Notes under the pieces: model-generated
The model's input: the letters and a program-made list of their open reading frames with translations, nothing else
The model's database searches: none
Told to the model about the DNA's origin: nothing
Program-made: the position numbers and the translations under genes
Origin: Nitrosopumilus sp.
GTDB lineage: Archaea; Thermoproteota; Nitrososphaeria; Nitrososphaerales; Nitrosopumilaceae
Length of the DNA stretch: 64,000 bases
Reading direction: 5' to 3'
Assembly (NCBI GenBank): GCA_965197525.1
Contig: OZ240211.1
Location: 64,001-128,000 of the forward strand
In this document: positions 32,561 to 44,177 of the stretch, one piece after another
How positions within the stretch are numbered: the first letter of the stretch is position 1
Layout of the letters: every line of letters starts with the position of its first letter

Positions 32561-33013
32561 CTAGCCTTCTTTGTCACCATCATCATCTTCATGTTGCAGT
32601 GATATGGAGTTGATACAGTATCTTTGGTTCGTTGGTTTAGGCCCGTCATCAAATACATGACCTAAATGTGCTCCGCATCTGTTACAATTAACTTCGGTAC
32701 GCTTCATTCCGTATGTAAAATCTGACACATATTCTATCTTATCTTCTGAGATCGGCTTCCAGAAACTAGGCCATCCTGAACCTGAATCAAATTTTGTCTC
32801 TGATGAGAATAATTTTTCGCCGCAACACACACATCTAAAATCTCCATCAAGTTTGGCATAATTGTATTTACCAGAAAATGGTGGTTCTGTTCCGTGGTTT
32901 ATGCAAATCTCATACTGATCCGCTGTTAACTGCTCTCTCCATTCTTCTGGTGTTTTGGCTACTTTTTTTTCTGTCATGTTAATATTATTATTATTATTAT
33001 TACTACCTGACAA
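32561..33013 (-). CDS. msrB: Peptide methionine (R)-sulfoxide reductase (true start may be MTEKK, about 32977)
   Basis: GTEPPFSG, KFDSGSGWPSF, RTEVNC..CGAHLGHVFDDGP, RYCINS. Confidence 0.96.
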   Translation of the reverse strand: MSGSNNNNNNINMTEKKVAKTPEEWREQLTADQYEICINHGTEPPFSGKYNYAKLDGDFRCVCCGEKLFSSETKFDSGSGWPSFWKPISEDKIEYVSDFTYGMKRTEVNCNRCGAHLGHVFDDGPKPTNQRYCINSISLQHEDDDGDKEG

Positions 33014-33030
33014 CGTTTACCTTGCAATCA

Positions 33031-34695
33031 TTATAATTTTTTCTTTTTTTGATTCTTATTCCTATTCTTTTTCTCTGCAGTCCTCTTTTCTGATTCGAAT
33101 CTTTCTAAATCATAGTTTTTCATATCTGCATATCTTATAATTTTTGATAGGTTTGGGTGAACCTTGATCATCTCTTGAAATATTTGTTGTGCTACCTTTC
33201 TGTAATCTGCATGTCCCTGTGGTACGGTTCTTAATTCTATGAGGTGACACGCTTCTCTGAGATTAAACTTCATAAAATATGGATAGTTGTAACCAAAGTT
33301 TACTACGTATTGTGCCTGTTCTGTATATTTGGTTCTAATCTGCTCAAATACGTCTCTCGTATTTTCCATGCAGTCCTTGTAGTCTTTTTGCATTCCTAAC
33401 GTATTGACTTCGTCAGGTATTGTGTAACCATGGTCAGTCGTTAATAGCTGTCTTTGCAGTGTCAATGCACGATGACGGTGTAAATCTCTGAACATGCCAA
33501 AGTTGTTACACAGATCAAATGTATAATACACGTTTTCAAACGCCCTTGATGGCCGGTGACGTCTGTTTGATCTCAGCGATGCAAATTCTGTAATTATTTG
33601 CGCCTTTTGCTCGTCTGGAATTTTTTGTACTTGTCTTTGTATGTCACTATACGACATACCAGTAGCATGCTCGTACAAAACACTGGTGATTATTTTGACT
33701 GTTGCAGTTTTTTCTGGTTCGTAATCCACAAGTTTTGTGTATGCATTTACTTTATTTTTTCTGTTGCTTTTCTGCATCTTTATTTTTTTTGATGCTATTA
33801 CATCTCTTGTCTTTGATCTGAGTTCTCTTTGGTATTTTTGAAATGCCCTGCCGTATTTGTCGTCTGCTCTTTTAACAAACGATTTTATGGATACCTCGAG
33901 TTCTTTTTTGATACTTGCAGCTAAATCCGTCTCTTCTTTTAGATCAGACGATCCTAAAATTGTTAATAGATACTCAAAAGCCCTGCCGTTCCCTGTAATG
34001 CCTACATTAGTTAGTGTTGATGCTGGCAATAATCCTCTGAGAATATCTAGTGCCTTGGCTTTTGTTGAACCTCTGTATATCATATTAGATGTTTTTATGT
34101 CTGATTCTATCTTTAGTTTTCCAAATAATTTGTTTTTACCATCTGTAGAGTCTTTGAAACTGTATCTCTCTATTGGATATTTCTCTCTGATGTATTTTAT
34201 CATAGGTTCTATATTTTTTGAATATACATCAAATGATAAATTACAACTTTGTTCGTACGCATCTGCAAATTTAGAGTTAGACAATATTGGGTCATCTCTA
34301 TAAAACTGATATCTTCCCTTGCTGTCTTTTTTATTCCATGTAACATACCTTGATGATTTTTCTAGATACGATAGTCCTATTCGTCTATCCTCTATCTTTT
34401 TGACTGCAATGTTTGATAATCCTTCTATTGCAATTTGTGCCTCACCTAATTCTGCAACAGAGTCATCACCATACTCTTGCAGCACTCTGTCATAAAATTC
34501 TTCACCTCGGTTCTTGTTTGTTAAAAACTCATCAAGAAACACGCGTCTCATACTTTTGTTTGTTCTGCTATATCTTGACATTAGTGCACCGCGGTCAACC
34601 TGTTTTGGTGTGATAATACCAAATACGTTGTTGTCAGTATTTGAAAAATGCCTGTTTAGCGCTCGTTTCTCTCTGACTGTGAATGATTCTGACAA
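33031..34695 (-). CDS. thyX: FAD-dependent thymidylate synthase, large two-domain form
   Basis: [10 protein letters not shown] motif, [15 protein letters not shown]-terminal ThyX-like domain. Confidence 0.9.
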   Translation of the reverse strand: MSESFTVREKRALNRHFSNTDNNVFGIITPKQVDRGALMSRYSRTNKSMRRVFLDEFLTNKNRGEEFYDRVLQEYGDDSVAELGEAQIAIEGLSNIAVKKIEDRRIGLSYLEKSSRYVTWNKKDSKGRYQFYRDDPILSNSKFADAYEQSCNLSFDVYSKNIEPMIKYIREKYPIERYSFKDSTDGKNKLFGKLKIESDIKTSNMIYRGSTKAKALDILRGLLPASTLTNVGITGNGRAFEYLLTILGSSDLKEETDLAASIKKELEVSIKSFVKRADDKYGRAFQKYQRELRSKTRDVIASKKIKMQKSNRKNKVNAYTKLVDYEPEKTATVKIITSVLYEHATGMSYSDIQRQVQKIPDEQKAQIITEFASLRSNRRHRPSRAFENVYYTFDLCNNFGMFRDLHRHRALTLQRQLLTTDHGYTIPDEVNTLGMQKDYKDCMENTRDVFEQIRTKYTEQAQYVVNFGYNYPYFMKFNLREACHLIELRTVPQGHADYRKVAQQIFQEMIKVHPNLSKIIRYADMKNYDLERFESEKRTAEKKNRNKNQKKKKL

Positions 34696-34728
34696 TAATG
34701 TTGTTACATCTGTCTTAATTATTAAAAT

Positions 34729-35028
34729 CTATTTCTCATTCTTCTTGCCAATCTGGATGAGATCGGGACCTTTGTCTCTGTTTTTATCTTGACCTTTGGA
34801 TTGCCACCGTAACAGGACTTCTTTGAAGGATGCAGCATCTGCTTCATCCTCTGTATACATTAGCGTTGTGACCCAAAATCCCTTTTTAGCAGTTCTTCCA
34901 CCTATGGAGTTCATCCAAAAGTCATTTGGCAAAGTAGACATTGCTTTGTTGTTTGGGTCTTTTGTAGTCTCAATCCACCTCTGTGCTACAAAATTAAGAA
35001 TTTGATCTAATTCCTCTTTCTGAATCAT
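34729..35028 (-). CDS. Hypothetical protein, 99 aa
   Basis: Co-oriented directly upstream of thyX; protein-like composition. Confidence 0.65.
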   Translation of the reverse strand: MIQKEELDQILNFVAQRWIETTKDPNNKAMSTLPNDFWMNSIGGRTAKKGFWVTTLMYTEDEADAASFKEVLLRWQSKGQDKNRDKGPDLIQIGKKNEK

Positions 35029-36580
35029 AATTATACTATTTTGTTACTAGATTTTAAAATTACTATATAAAACCCGTATCGATGTCTTATGATCTCGTAG
35101 TTGCATTTAATATTTCAACAATTTTTAGTAGACTGATTAGCTGATTCGTTATTCTTCACTTGATTTTACTCTTATGTTACTTTTGAATGGTAAAATGAAG
35201 ATTTTGAGGAGAAAAATGAAGATTTTGAATAGAAAATGGGGATTTTGGGGAGGAACTGGTTCCTTTCTTCCTAACTGCTTGAAAATGATCAATTCCATCA
35301 AATTTTCAGTTAATTTGAGCTTTCGATTTTGAGATTCAATACAGACTAACATACTGCACTAAACGATCCATCAGTCTGCATTACTGCATGTCTATCAGAG
35401 ACATCTGTATTTTTTGTCTCATGATATTTTGTTTCTACCTGTTTTCTTTCTCTAGCATTTCAAATATTTTTTATCTATTTACATTATGGTGCTATATCTG
35501 ATCTATGATTTGTTATCTGATGTGATCAAAATTCACTGTCATTTTTTTATCCTATAACACTTTTTTGATTTTCAATCATTATTTTTACATTTTTTTATTT
35601 TAGAATATATTCTAAATTCTATTTAATCTTTGAACTTGGTTTGTATTTGTGTATTTATTTTTTTATCTTGGTTAATTGATGTTTTTAGTTATGCTGAAAC
35701 CCTTGAACTGATACTTTTTACAAATCTATTTTCTTATAACGAATAACTGAATTTTAAATTTGATTATTGTATGTGTTTTTTATCATTCTTTTGGGATTTC
35801 AAGTTTTTTAAATCTATTCCAATTATTTTGCTTTATTCTTGCGCATATGTTTTATCATGATTATTTAATGTTTATTGATTTTCATATTTTTAATTTGCCT
35901 GTTTTGCAAATCATCTTGTGATATATTTTTGTTCATGTTCTATTTCAATTTGTTTGATATGAAAAAATCATTGTTGTTACTGTTTTCAAATCAATATACT
36001 ATTTTTAAATTATCCTAAAATTTTATTCCAATTTCAAAATTTATGTAGTTCTTTAAATGATTTTTTAGTTACATACTACGTTAACCATATTTCAAGTAAG
36101 TGTAATGTTGTCGCTGATATTAATCATAATAATGATGATAATGTTGTCGTTGATGACAATGCTCTAAATACGACAACATCAAAATCTGTGATAACAATTT
36201 TATTATTAGTAACTGTGTTACATTAATGTTAATTGCATCAATTACATTTCTGAAATGATAATACTATCTATACTGACACAGCAACTATATTTCTATTTGT
36301 TTGTAATACTCAATCGATTATAACTCACTTTCATTTCTCCAAATTGTCATTTTATTGAAATTCAAACTACGGTCTGCTTTTATGTCTTGGTATGTGATCA
36401 TACCGTCTGTATACCATTACAGTCTTTTCTGACAGTATGAATTCCATGAAAAATTAACTTCATATTGCATCTTATGCCTGAAAATCAAATTCACAATCAC
36501 AAGTTAGTAAAAATAATCTTACCAAAGTCAGGAATAATACTTACACTTTGTAGGTTATACAAATCTTTTGAGCGTTATAC

Positions 36581-37531
36581 ATGACCCACGATGATAACGA
36601 ATTAATCGGAAAAAATGTTAAAGACATGTACGGAACATTCATGGGCAAGGTTGTAGGTACAATAACTGACATCGACGGTAGCGTTCAATCCGTTGGAATT
36701 GACTGCGGCTCTCAAGGATTACAACAAATCCAATATGAGCAACTAGTAGTCCAAGGCAGTATTGTTATTTTTATACCAAAATGGAGACTAGATTCTCAGA
36801 GACTCATTCGTGAAAAGCAATTGACTCTACGTCGACTAAAGGCATTGATTGATATTGTTTCAGACAATGATGATATGAAGGCAGATGCCGAAATAATTCA
36901 TGAGAAATACAAGTCAAAGCTTGTATCGTTGGATGAAACAGAAAGGGAGATCAAAACAATCCTGGATGTTAGATTAGAAGAGTTGAACGCGCAAATGAAG
37001 ACTGCCAAAATGCTGTCATTTGATGCAAAGGTGCAATACAAGAGCAACGAGATTACTGACGGTGTATTTGATACTGTCAAATCATGCACAAATGAGGTAG
37101 TCGAACATATCACTCATGAGATTGCAGAGATTGCAAATGTCCAGAGTAGAATTTCAGATCTTCAATTGGAGGTCAAGGAGATCACTACCGTGCCACCTAC
37201 ACCTAACATTCAAGAATCCGCAATTTCGTATCTGGAAACTACTGAACAACAAACACAAGAAGTTCAGTCTATACTTCCAGAAGCACCCACAGAACCAATT
37301 TCTGTGTCATCGTCACCACCAACACCAACACCAACACCGCCACATGCAACTACGGTACCTTCCCAGCAATCATCAGATTCTGTAGATGATGGGATCTTAC
37401 CAGTGCCTGAACCTTCCCCTGCTGAACCAGAGATTGCATTTACCTTCCCAGAACCGCCTCAACAGGCAAAACCAGAAACATCTAAAGAAAACAATGACGA
37501 TGATTGGCTTGCTAGAATGGAAGCACAATAA
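36581..37531 (+). CDS. cdvA: CdvA-like cell division protein
   Basis: PRC-barrel-like N-terminus (IGKNVKDMYG..MGKVVG), coiled coil, Pro-rich linker, C-terminal DWLARME. Confidence 0.85.
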   Translation: MTHDDNELIGKNVKDMYGTFMGKVVGTITDIDGSVQSVGIDCGSQGLQQIQYEQLVVQGSIVIFIPKWRLDSQRLIREKQLTLRRLKALIDIVSDNDDMKADAEIIHEKYKSKLVSLDETEREIKTILDVRLEELNAQMKTAKMLSFDAKVQYKSNEITDGVFDTVKSCTNEVVEHITHEIAEIANVQSRISDLQLEVKEITTVPPTPNIQESAISYLETTEQQTQEVQSILPEAPTEPISVSSSPPTPTPTPPHATTVPSQQSSDSVDDGILPVPEPSPAEPEIAFTFPEPPQQAKPETSKENNDDDWLARMEAQ

Positions 37532-37589
37532 TTTTTTTTACTTATTTTTTTTTACAACATTTAAAAATCTGTAATTTCTGTGTGTTATC

Positions 37590-39506
37590 ATGTCAGTGCC
37601 CTCTGAAGTTTTTAATGTCGGATTGGGAAATCATGATGATAATAATTTACGCCAAAAAGCCGACTCTGATTTTATATCATTTTGGGATTCCCAAGCAGAG
37701 AATCTATTTTGGTTCTCTTCATGGAGTAAAACTCTTGATTGGAGCAATCCTCCGTTTGCCAAATGGTTTGTTGGCGGGACCACAAACGTATCCTATAACG
37801 CACTTGATATTCACCAGAAATTACTAACTGAGAAGCCTGCCATACTATGGGAGGGTGAGGACGGTCAATCGCGAACCCTTACATACGCTGACATGTTTGT
37901 TCAGGTTCAAAAATTTGCCAACGTTCTCAAATCCTTGGGGGTTCGATCAGGTGACAGAGTTACCATATACCTTCCTATGGTTCCAGAACTGCCTATTGCC
38001 ATGCTTGCCTGTGCTAGAATTGGTGCAATTCACACAGTCATCTTCTCTGGATTTAGTGCATCGTCAATCAAAGATAGAGTAACTGACTCCAAATCTAAAA
38101 TTATTGTAACTGCAGATGGTGGGTATCGTCGTGGCAAGATTATTCCACTCAAAGATGTAGTTGATACTGCAGTTACTGATGATCTTGGTTTTGTAGAACA
38201 CGTTGTAGTACTTCAAAGGACGCATCATGATATCAATATGACACCCAGAGACAAATTCTGGGGCGATTTGATGCATGATGCGTCTGATACCTGTGATGCA
38301 ACTCCACTTGATAGCCTACACCCGCTCTTTATCTTGTATACATCTGGCACTACTGGTAAACCCAAAGGAATTTTGCATGGGACAGGAGGTTATTTGACTC
38401 ATCTGCACTCTACTTTCAAGTGGGCATTTGACATTAAACCCGCTGATGTATTTTTTTGTACTGCCGATATTGGTTGGGTAACAGGCCATAGCTATGTAGT
38501 GTATGCGCCGTTACTGCATGGAGCAACACAGGTAATGTACGAGGGCGCGCCTGACTATCCTGACCCTTCACGGATGTGGAGCATAATTCAAAAATACAAA
38601 GCTACTATATTTTATACCACCCCAACTGCACTTCGAATGCTAATCAAGTTCGGTGATGATTCTCCCAACTCTTTTGACTTGTCCTCATTGCGATTACTTG
38701 GGACAGTCGGTGAGCCGATAAACCCTCAAGTTTGGATATGGTATTACACTGTCATTGGAAAGCAGAGGTGTCCAATTATAGATACTTGGTGGCAGACTGA
38801 AACCGGCGGTATGATGCTATCTCCACTTCCTGGACTGGAGACCATGCCGTTAAAGCCGGGATCTGCAACTCGTGCTATTCCCGGGGTAAGCATATCTGTA
38901 GTTGATGAGGATGGTAATGATGCTCCTGTAGATACAAAGGGATATCTTGTAATTGATAATCCTTGGCCTGGCATGCTCTTAACGCTGTGGAATGATGATA
39001 AGAAATACCAAGATGTATACTGGTCAAAGTATAGTAATCGTTATTATTCTGGCGATTATGCCCTCAAGGACAAGGATGGGTATATCTGGTTACTTGGACG
39101 CGCAGACGACGTCCTAAAGATTGCTGGTCATAGAATTGGAACAGCCGAATTAGAAGGATGCTTGGTATCTCATGCTGATGTTGCAGAGTCTGCAGTGTGT
39201 GGAATCCCTGACCCGGTTAAGGGTGAGGCAATCATTGCGTTTGTTGTCTTAAAACATGGTGTGCAACATGATTCTGATTCCTTGGAGAAGGAACTAGCAG
39301 GCAAGATTCGCCTAGATGTGGGTGCCATTGCAGCACCCAAGAAAATCTATTTTGTTTCTAAACTTCCCAAGACACGCAGTGGCAAGATAATGCGACGTGT
39401 CCTAAAAACGATTGGAACTCGACAACAGATCGGGGATCTTAGCACGCTTGAAGATGACGCTGGAGATATAGTGACTGAGATTCAAAATATGTTCAATAAA
39501 TCTTAA
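37590..39506 (+). CDS. acs: Acetate--CoA ligase (AMP-forming)
   Basis: YTSGTTGKPKG, DTWWQTETG, GRADD, LPKTRSGKIMRR. Confidence 0.93.
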   Translation: MSVPSEVFNVGLGNHDDNNLRQKADSDFISFWDSQAENLFWFSSWSKTLDWSNPPFAKWFVGGTTNVSYNALDIHQKLLTEKPAILWEGEDGQSRTLTYADMFVQVQKFANVLKSLGVRSGDRVTIYLPMVPELPIAMLACARIGAIHTVIFSGFSASSIKDRVTDSKSKIIVTADGGYRRGKIIPLKDVVDTAVTDDLGFVEHVVVLQRTHHDINMTPRDKFWGDLMHDASDTCDATPLDSLHPLFILYTSGTTGKPKGILHGTGGYLTHLHSTFKWAFDIKPADVFFCTADIGWVTGHSYVVYAPLLHGATQVMYEGAPDYPDPSRMWSIIQKYKATIFYTTPTALRMLIKFGDDSPNSFDLSSLRLLGTVGEPINPQVWIWYYTVIGKQRCPIIDTWWQTETGGMMLSPLPGLETMPLKPGSATRAIPGVSISVVDEDGNDAPVDTKGYLVIDNPWPGMLLTLWNDDKKYQDVYWSKYSNRYYSGDYALKDKDGYIWLLGRADDVLKIAGHRIGTAELEGCLVSHADVAESAVCGIPDPVKGEAIIAFVVLKHGVQHDSDSLEKELAGKIRLDVGAIAAPKKIYFVSKLPKTRSGKIMRRVLKTIGTRQQIGDLSTLEDDAGDIVTEIQNMFNKS

Positions 39507-39685
39507 CTGTGGTTTGACTTTTTTTTTAATATTTTGTTATTTTATTTTATTAATTTAGTGCATTACACACTTGTTGGTTTGCCGTTGCTATTTTTACATA
39601 AACATACATCTTACTAGAGTACTAAAACTCTTTTATTGATATTTGTCAATCATTTACTATACGTTGTCGTTCTTTGCTGTGTATG

Positions 39686-40216
39686 TTACTGTTTTAGTTC
39701 TTTGAAATTTATTGCATGTAGCATATCGAACATATCTTTTAATCCATCATATTCTGATTTGGACTCTTCATCTAGCCCATTGTACTCTTGTTCTTTGATT
39801 TCATCTAGTTTTTTATTTGCCTCTGAAAAGTACCTCTTGTATTCGGTTATTTTTTTCTCTGTCATCTCATCAAGATTAAAGATTACGGTGTTGCTACCTA
39901 GAAGATTCTTGCTCTCATCATAAAGGCTAGTTGCTTGCAGCAATCCTGAAAATGTACTGTTGTCTTGCCTGACAAATGTTATCTTTCTGTCAACTACTTT
40001 TCCTGTCTCAAACCAAATCTTCAACGAACTATTCATATCTTGCCATGATTCTTTTGGGACATGCTCAAAGATTGACTTGCCTATTATCTCTGATTTAGAA
40101 TATCCTAAATTTGTAGCATACGTGCTGTTACAGTCCAAAATTACGCCTATGCAGTTGATTCTTCGCCACATTATCGGCGCATCCTTTAATGTCATTCTTG
40201 CTTTGGTTTGAAGCAT
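39686..40216 (-). CDS. Stand-alone PAS-domain protein
   Basis: GVILDCN..YATNLGYSKSEIIGKSIFEHVP PAS core; no output domain. Confidence 0.8.
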   Translation of the reverse strand: MLQTKARMTLKDAPIMWRRINCIGVILDCNSTYATNLGYSKSEIIGKSIFEHVPKESWQDMNSSLKIWFETGKVVDRKITFVRQDNSTFSGLLQATSLYDESKNLLGSNTVIFNLDEMTEKKITEYKRYFSEANKKLDEIKEQEYNGLDEESKSEYDGLKDMFDMLHAINFKELKQ

Positions 40217-40247
40217 TTTTTAAATTGTATCATCTAACTAAAATACT

Positions 40248-41270
40248 TTAAAACCATTGATCTAGATTCTGACTCTTTTTTTCTAATGCTTTTCTTAGTC
40301 TGTTAAGTGTTGATTGCACTCTGTCTGCTGAGAAACTTTTGTCCTTTACTAGATAATCTGTGATCGTTCCGTAATCAACTTTGTTGAAGGTTATTTCATC
40401 AACATCTGCTACCTTTGGATTCAAAAAGATCTCACGAATCTGCTGAAAATCTATATTCTGTAACTGCTCTTGAATCTGGGGAATATCTTCCAATCTTGAA
40501 TGTTTTTTAATCATCTTTAGTGCAGTCTTTGGTCCTATTCTCTCAAAACCATTAGGGTTAAAGTCAGTTCCAATCAGTATTCCCACATCGATTATCTCCT
40601 CTCTTGTTAGCTCTAAAGCATCAAGTGTTTTTTGTGTATGGATAATTTCGGGCACAACATCGATGTAGGTATTACTATTTGGTATCTTCCGTCTGCCACT
40701 ATTTGTAAAGTTTCTTACCAACCGTTTTGCCCCGCATAATATCGAATCATAGTCTTGACTTGCAGAAGCATATGCCTGTCCGGTGTTTGTCAAATGTGCA
40801 GCAGTTGCTTCCCCTTCTGATGGTGCATCTATGTACGGAATCCCAAAACAATCCAGCAGTTTTTTTGACTCATTGACCATCCCGTCTTTCATACTTGTTG
40901 TCTGTTGCGCAAATTTTCTTGCATCTTCTAAATTGCCTTCTGCTACTGCTTTTTCGTATTTTATGGTAGCGTCTTTTTTTATCTGAGTTCTGCGTTGAAT
41001 CTCTGCTGCTTTTAGTGATGGTGGCTTGCCGTCAAAGACGTATACTGGTTTAATCCCTAATGATAAAAAATTCACATTTCTGTAAAACAGCCCACTCAGA
41101 TGACTGGTTATTCTTCCTTGTTCATCTGTAAGCTGCAATCCGTCAGATCCTCTGATACTTGCTAGAAACTGGTATATTGCATTGTATGCATCAATGGCAA
41201 TTACTCTAGTTGAGAATGCCTCCAATGTGGTTTTTTCCTTGTGTACTAGATCCTTTAGCTTTAATCCCAT
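40248..41270 (-). CDS. fen: Flap endonuclease 1
   Basis: [36 protein letters not shown]-terminal PIP box QNLDQWF. Confidence 0.97.
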   Translation of the reverse strand: MGLKLKDLVHKEKTTLEAFSTRVIAIDAYNAIYQFLASIRGSDGLQLTDEQGRITSHLSGLFYRNVNFLSLGIKPVYVFDGKPPSLKAAEIQRRTQIKKDATIKYEKAVAEGNLEDARKFAQQTTSMKDGMVNESKKLLDCFGIPYIDAPSEGEATAAHLTNTGQAYASASQDYDSILCGAKRLVRNFTNSGRRKIPNSNTYIDVVPEIIHTQKTLDALELTREEIIDVGILIGTDFNPNGFERIGPKTALKMIKKHSRLEDIPQIQEQLQNIDFQQIREIFLNPKVADVDEITFNKVDYGTITDYLVKDKSFSADRVQSTLNRLRKALEKKSQNLDQWF

Positions 41271-41398
41271 GCATTTTGATGTATTGTCGAGTTATTTTTT
41301 GTTTTGTTCCTGTTGAAATCTTTTATCGTGATATGAGGCTGGTCTAATCTATGTGCAGGCATTATACATGCTTATTTTTGTTCCTGATTAAAAAATCT

Positions 41399-42445
41399 TC
41401 ACACGACACGTTTGCATATCTCTGAATAACTTTTTTTGGCGTCTTCCTCATTTTTGGATCCTACCATTATTGCCGAACCGCCTTCCATAAGTTGGATCAT
41501 TGTACCATTCCAAGAGATCGTAGCTCCCATGTCGCTCTTGGATTTGATATTACTAGTTTCAATATGACTTAGTATCTCTGAGAGCTGTATTTTTTCTGGA
41601 GGTGTCACTGCAAATGTGCGTTTGCCCATATCGCGTCCACATAATTCTTCTACCATTAGATTTGCGTTAGCATCTGTCTGTCGTTTTCGATTCGTTCCGC
41701 AGACATGGCATTCAGGTACGCGTGTCATTTGCGTATGGGTAAATGTCATGGTCTGTATGTCTACGTGTAACATCTTATCTGCCAATGATGGCTTTTTGCC
41801 TACAAGTATGGCAATAGCTTCTGCAACTTCGATATTGCCTATGATTCCTAGTATGGCAGGGTGTACGCCTTCTATGCCGCATGACGGAATCATATCGTCA
41901 TCCAATCCTGGAAACGCGCAATTATAACATGCTGTTTTATCTGGCAGTATGGTAAATACCTGTCCTTGCACACCAACTGCACCGCCTGTAACAAATGGCA
42001 CGTCTTGATCTATACATGCTTCGTTGAGTGCATAGCGCGCAGTCACAGAATCTAGTGCATCTATTACGACATCTGAGTTCCTGACAATTTCTGGAGCTGA
42101 AAATGAGTTGACCGATGCAGGCATTGCACGTACGTCACAATTCTGATTCATTGCACGTAACCGTTCTACTGCTATCTCTACTTTTGGTTTCCCTACATCA
42201 GTATCTCGAAACAGTATTTGACGATGCAAATTAGTCACATCTATTGCGTCTCTGTCAACTACTCGTACTGTTTTGATGCCCATTGTGACTAGTCTTTGTA
42301 GTATTGGAGATCCAAGTCCGCCTGCGCCTACCACTGTAACCGTCGAATTAGCTAGTTTGGTTTGTCCCTCATATCCTATATCCTCAAGCATAATCTGACG
42401 CGAATATCGTTGCATGTCAATTTGACTCATGTTATCAAACACCAA
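41399..42445 (-). CDS. HesA/MoeB/ThiF-family E1-like adenylyltransferase
   Basis: RYSRQI, VGAGGLG, DRD...NLHRQ, CYNC, CHVC. Confidence 0.92.
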   Translation of the reverse strand: MVFDNMSQIDMQRYSRQIMLEDIGYEGQTKLANSTVTVVGAGGLGSPILQRLVTMGIKTVRVVDRDAIDVTNLHRQILFRDTDVGKPKVEIAVERLRAMNQNCDVRAMPASVNSFSAPEIVRNSDVVIDALDSVTARYALNEACIDQDVPFVTGGAVGVQGQVFTILPDKTACYNCAFPGLDDDMIPSCGIEGVHPAILGIIGNIEVAEAIAILVGKKPSLADKMLHVDIQTMTFTHTQMTRVPECHVCGTNRKRQTDANANLMVEELCGRDMGKRTFAVTPPEKIQLSEILSHIETSNIKSKSDMGATISWNGTMIQLMEGGSAIMVGSKNEEDAKKSYSEICKRVV

Positions 42446-42622
42446 ATGCTTTTTTATAAATATAGCTTATTAAACCATCTGATTTTTTGTGATCTGTTTT
42501 TAGGATTTAACTATCTGGTTTATATCTACATAATGTAATATGATACGTCTCAAAGACAAAGTCCTTACACTGGTTCATTAGTAAGATATTCAAAATGTGG
42601 GTTTGCACAAAATTAAGTAGTT

Positions 42623-43030
42623 AATCGGTTAATTCAAAAGTATTTTGTTGCCAATCAAATACGCAATAACTATCTGGATTTAATCTAAACCGGTATGAGT
42701 TTGTTTTGTAAATTCATCAAAAACTGAATTCTTATTTTTTATTAGTTGGCATTTTCCAATTAAAGAACCTATGTTATGGAATTTCCTTCCTGCACCAAAT
42801 ACGTCTTTTGGCTCTTGATTCAAATCTGAATCTAGAATTTCGGCAAATTCTCTTGGAAGAAAATTTGAAGTTACTCCTGAATCAATCAGTGCGGCAGTTT
42901 TTAACTCTTGATTTTTATGAACTAGTTTTACGTTAACCATAGGAAGTTTGTAAACTGAATTTGTTTCAGGATCATTATAACTAATGTAGCGTAAAGTGGT
43001 ATATTTGAACGAGTTCTAAAACGAGATGAC
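42623..43030 (-). pseudogene. Disrupted retropepsin-like aspartyl protease
   Basis: ALIDSG catalytic motif in ORF 42680..42940. The upstream in-frame stretch has no start codon (TAG at 43016-43018). No LGRD-type motif seen; a C-terminal-like CVFDWQQNTFEL lies in another frame. Confidence 0.55.
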
Positions 43031-43040
43031 AAAATTTTGA

Positions 43041-43241
43041 TTAAAGTAGCATTACAGTTTCTTTAGGAATTTTCATAATGAATGGTGTCTTATCTGCATA
43101 TTTTTCTTTGGCCTCTTGATAAACTTTCTTTGCATCGTCTCCAGTTGATACTATTTCTTCATCAACTACTGCAATCCATTCTCCCAAATGTTTGCCTAGT
43201 TGATCACAAGCCGACAGTATGTATTCGTATTCTGATTTCAT
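43041..43241 (-). CDS. DUF5678-like small protein
   Basis: GEWIAVVDEEIVSTGDDAKKVYQEA...PFIMKIP. Confidence 0.75.
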   Translation of the reverse strand: MKSEYEYILSACDQLGKHLGEWIAVVDEEIVSTGDDAKKVYQEAKEKYADKTPFIMKIPKETVMLL

Positions 43242-43469
43242 ATTACCACATGAATCCTCCTACGGTATATAACCCTAAACTTGTTATTAAAGTGAGGAGC
43301 TAATTTTTTCAAATCTCTTTTTATAGAAAATAAGGTTGATACCCTGTGCGTATATTCTAGTTTACTTCAAAAAACTGCATAGTTTCAAAAAAAAGTTTAA
43401 CGCTGAACTCTGACATGGATTATTCTAAACCCTGATTTACTTTATTATGGAGAAATCTTTAGCGAATAT

Positions 43470-43551
43470 GCCGGGATAGCCAAGCGGTAAGGCGGCCGTC
43501 TCGAAAACGGCTACGCGAAAGCGTGCAGGGGTTCGAATCCCTTTCCCGGCG
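43470..43551 (+). tRNA. tRNA-Ser (anticodon CGA)
   Basis: Acceptor stem GCCGGGA/TCCCGGC; anticodon arm GCCGT-CT-CGA-AA-ACGGC (CGA at 43502-43504); long variable arm; GGTTCGAATCC T-loop; no encoded CCA, no intron. Confidence 0.97.
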
Positions 43552-43977
43552 TTATTTATCTGAAATGTTTTATCTTTATTGTCTCTGTATTTTAGATCAT
43601 AAGATCATATTATCTTTATACTATTGCCATCCAATAATTAAAAAAAAAAACAAAAACTCTCAAAAATCTTTGTTAGATGATCTTATCTTCTGTCTGTATG
43701 CTTTTTTTAATATGTATACTATTCAATTATATCTCTTCTCTGTTGATATGCTAACAAAACAAACAAACAAGCTTGTTATCCAGTTTTGAAACATTAATCC
43801 AAAATAATAAAACTCTATCTGTATTTTTTCTATCATGTAAATGATTGACATTTCTGTATAAAACATTATACATTTAGTGGTAACCATATCAAAATAAAAA
43901 CCAGATTTATTACCTAATTGTATGACGTCCACTCTACCCATTTCTTGATTATAACTTTAAGTATCTGCCACTCTTGA

Positions 43978-44154
43978 TTATTTATTGAGAAATTCTCTTA
44001 TTTTTTTGAGATTTGCTACATGTGATTCATGGAACATTACCATCGATTCAGAAACAGAGTTTGGTAAAACAGTTTTGAGATTATCTACAAAATCAGTACC
44101 ATTTTCTATCATACTATCAATAAGCTTGTCAATCTCTGTCTTTTCGTCTGACAT
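43978..44154 (-). CDS. 58-aa hypothetical protein (absent from ORF track)
   Basis: MSDEKTEIDKLIDSMIENGTDFVDNLKTVLPNSVSESMVMFHESHVANLKKIREFLNK*, directly downstream of the Lrp gene. Confidence 0.75.
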   Translation of the reverse strand: MSDEKTEIDKLIDSMIENGTDFVDNLKTVLPNSVSESMVMFHESHVANLKKIREFLNK

Positions 44155-44177
44155 CTACATAGAATAGCATTTCAATC

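Noticed and set aside
32980-33013. Poly-Asn N-terminus of MsrB
   Set aside because: (TTA)n microsatellite; the real start is probably the downstream MTEKK.
33031-34695. Unusually long ThyX
   Set aside because: The two-domain form is already known in Thaumarchaeota; not novel.
35149-35352. 67-aa ORF
   Set aside because: Low-complexity AT-rich sequence with no motif; likely spurious.
42445-43560. Integrated element at tRNA-Ser
   Set aside because: No duplicate of the tRNA 3' end and no integrase found in the window.
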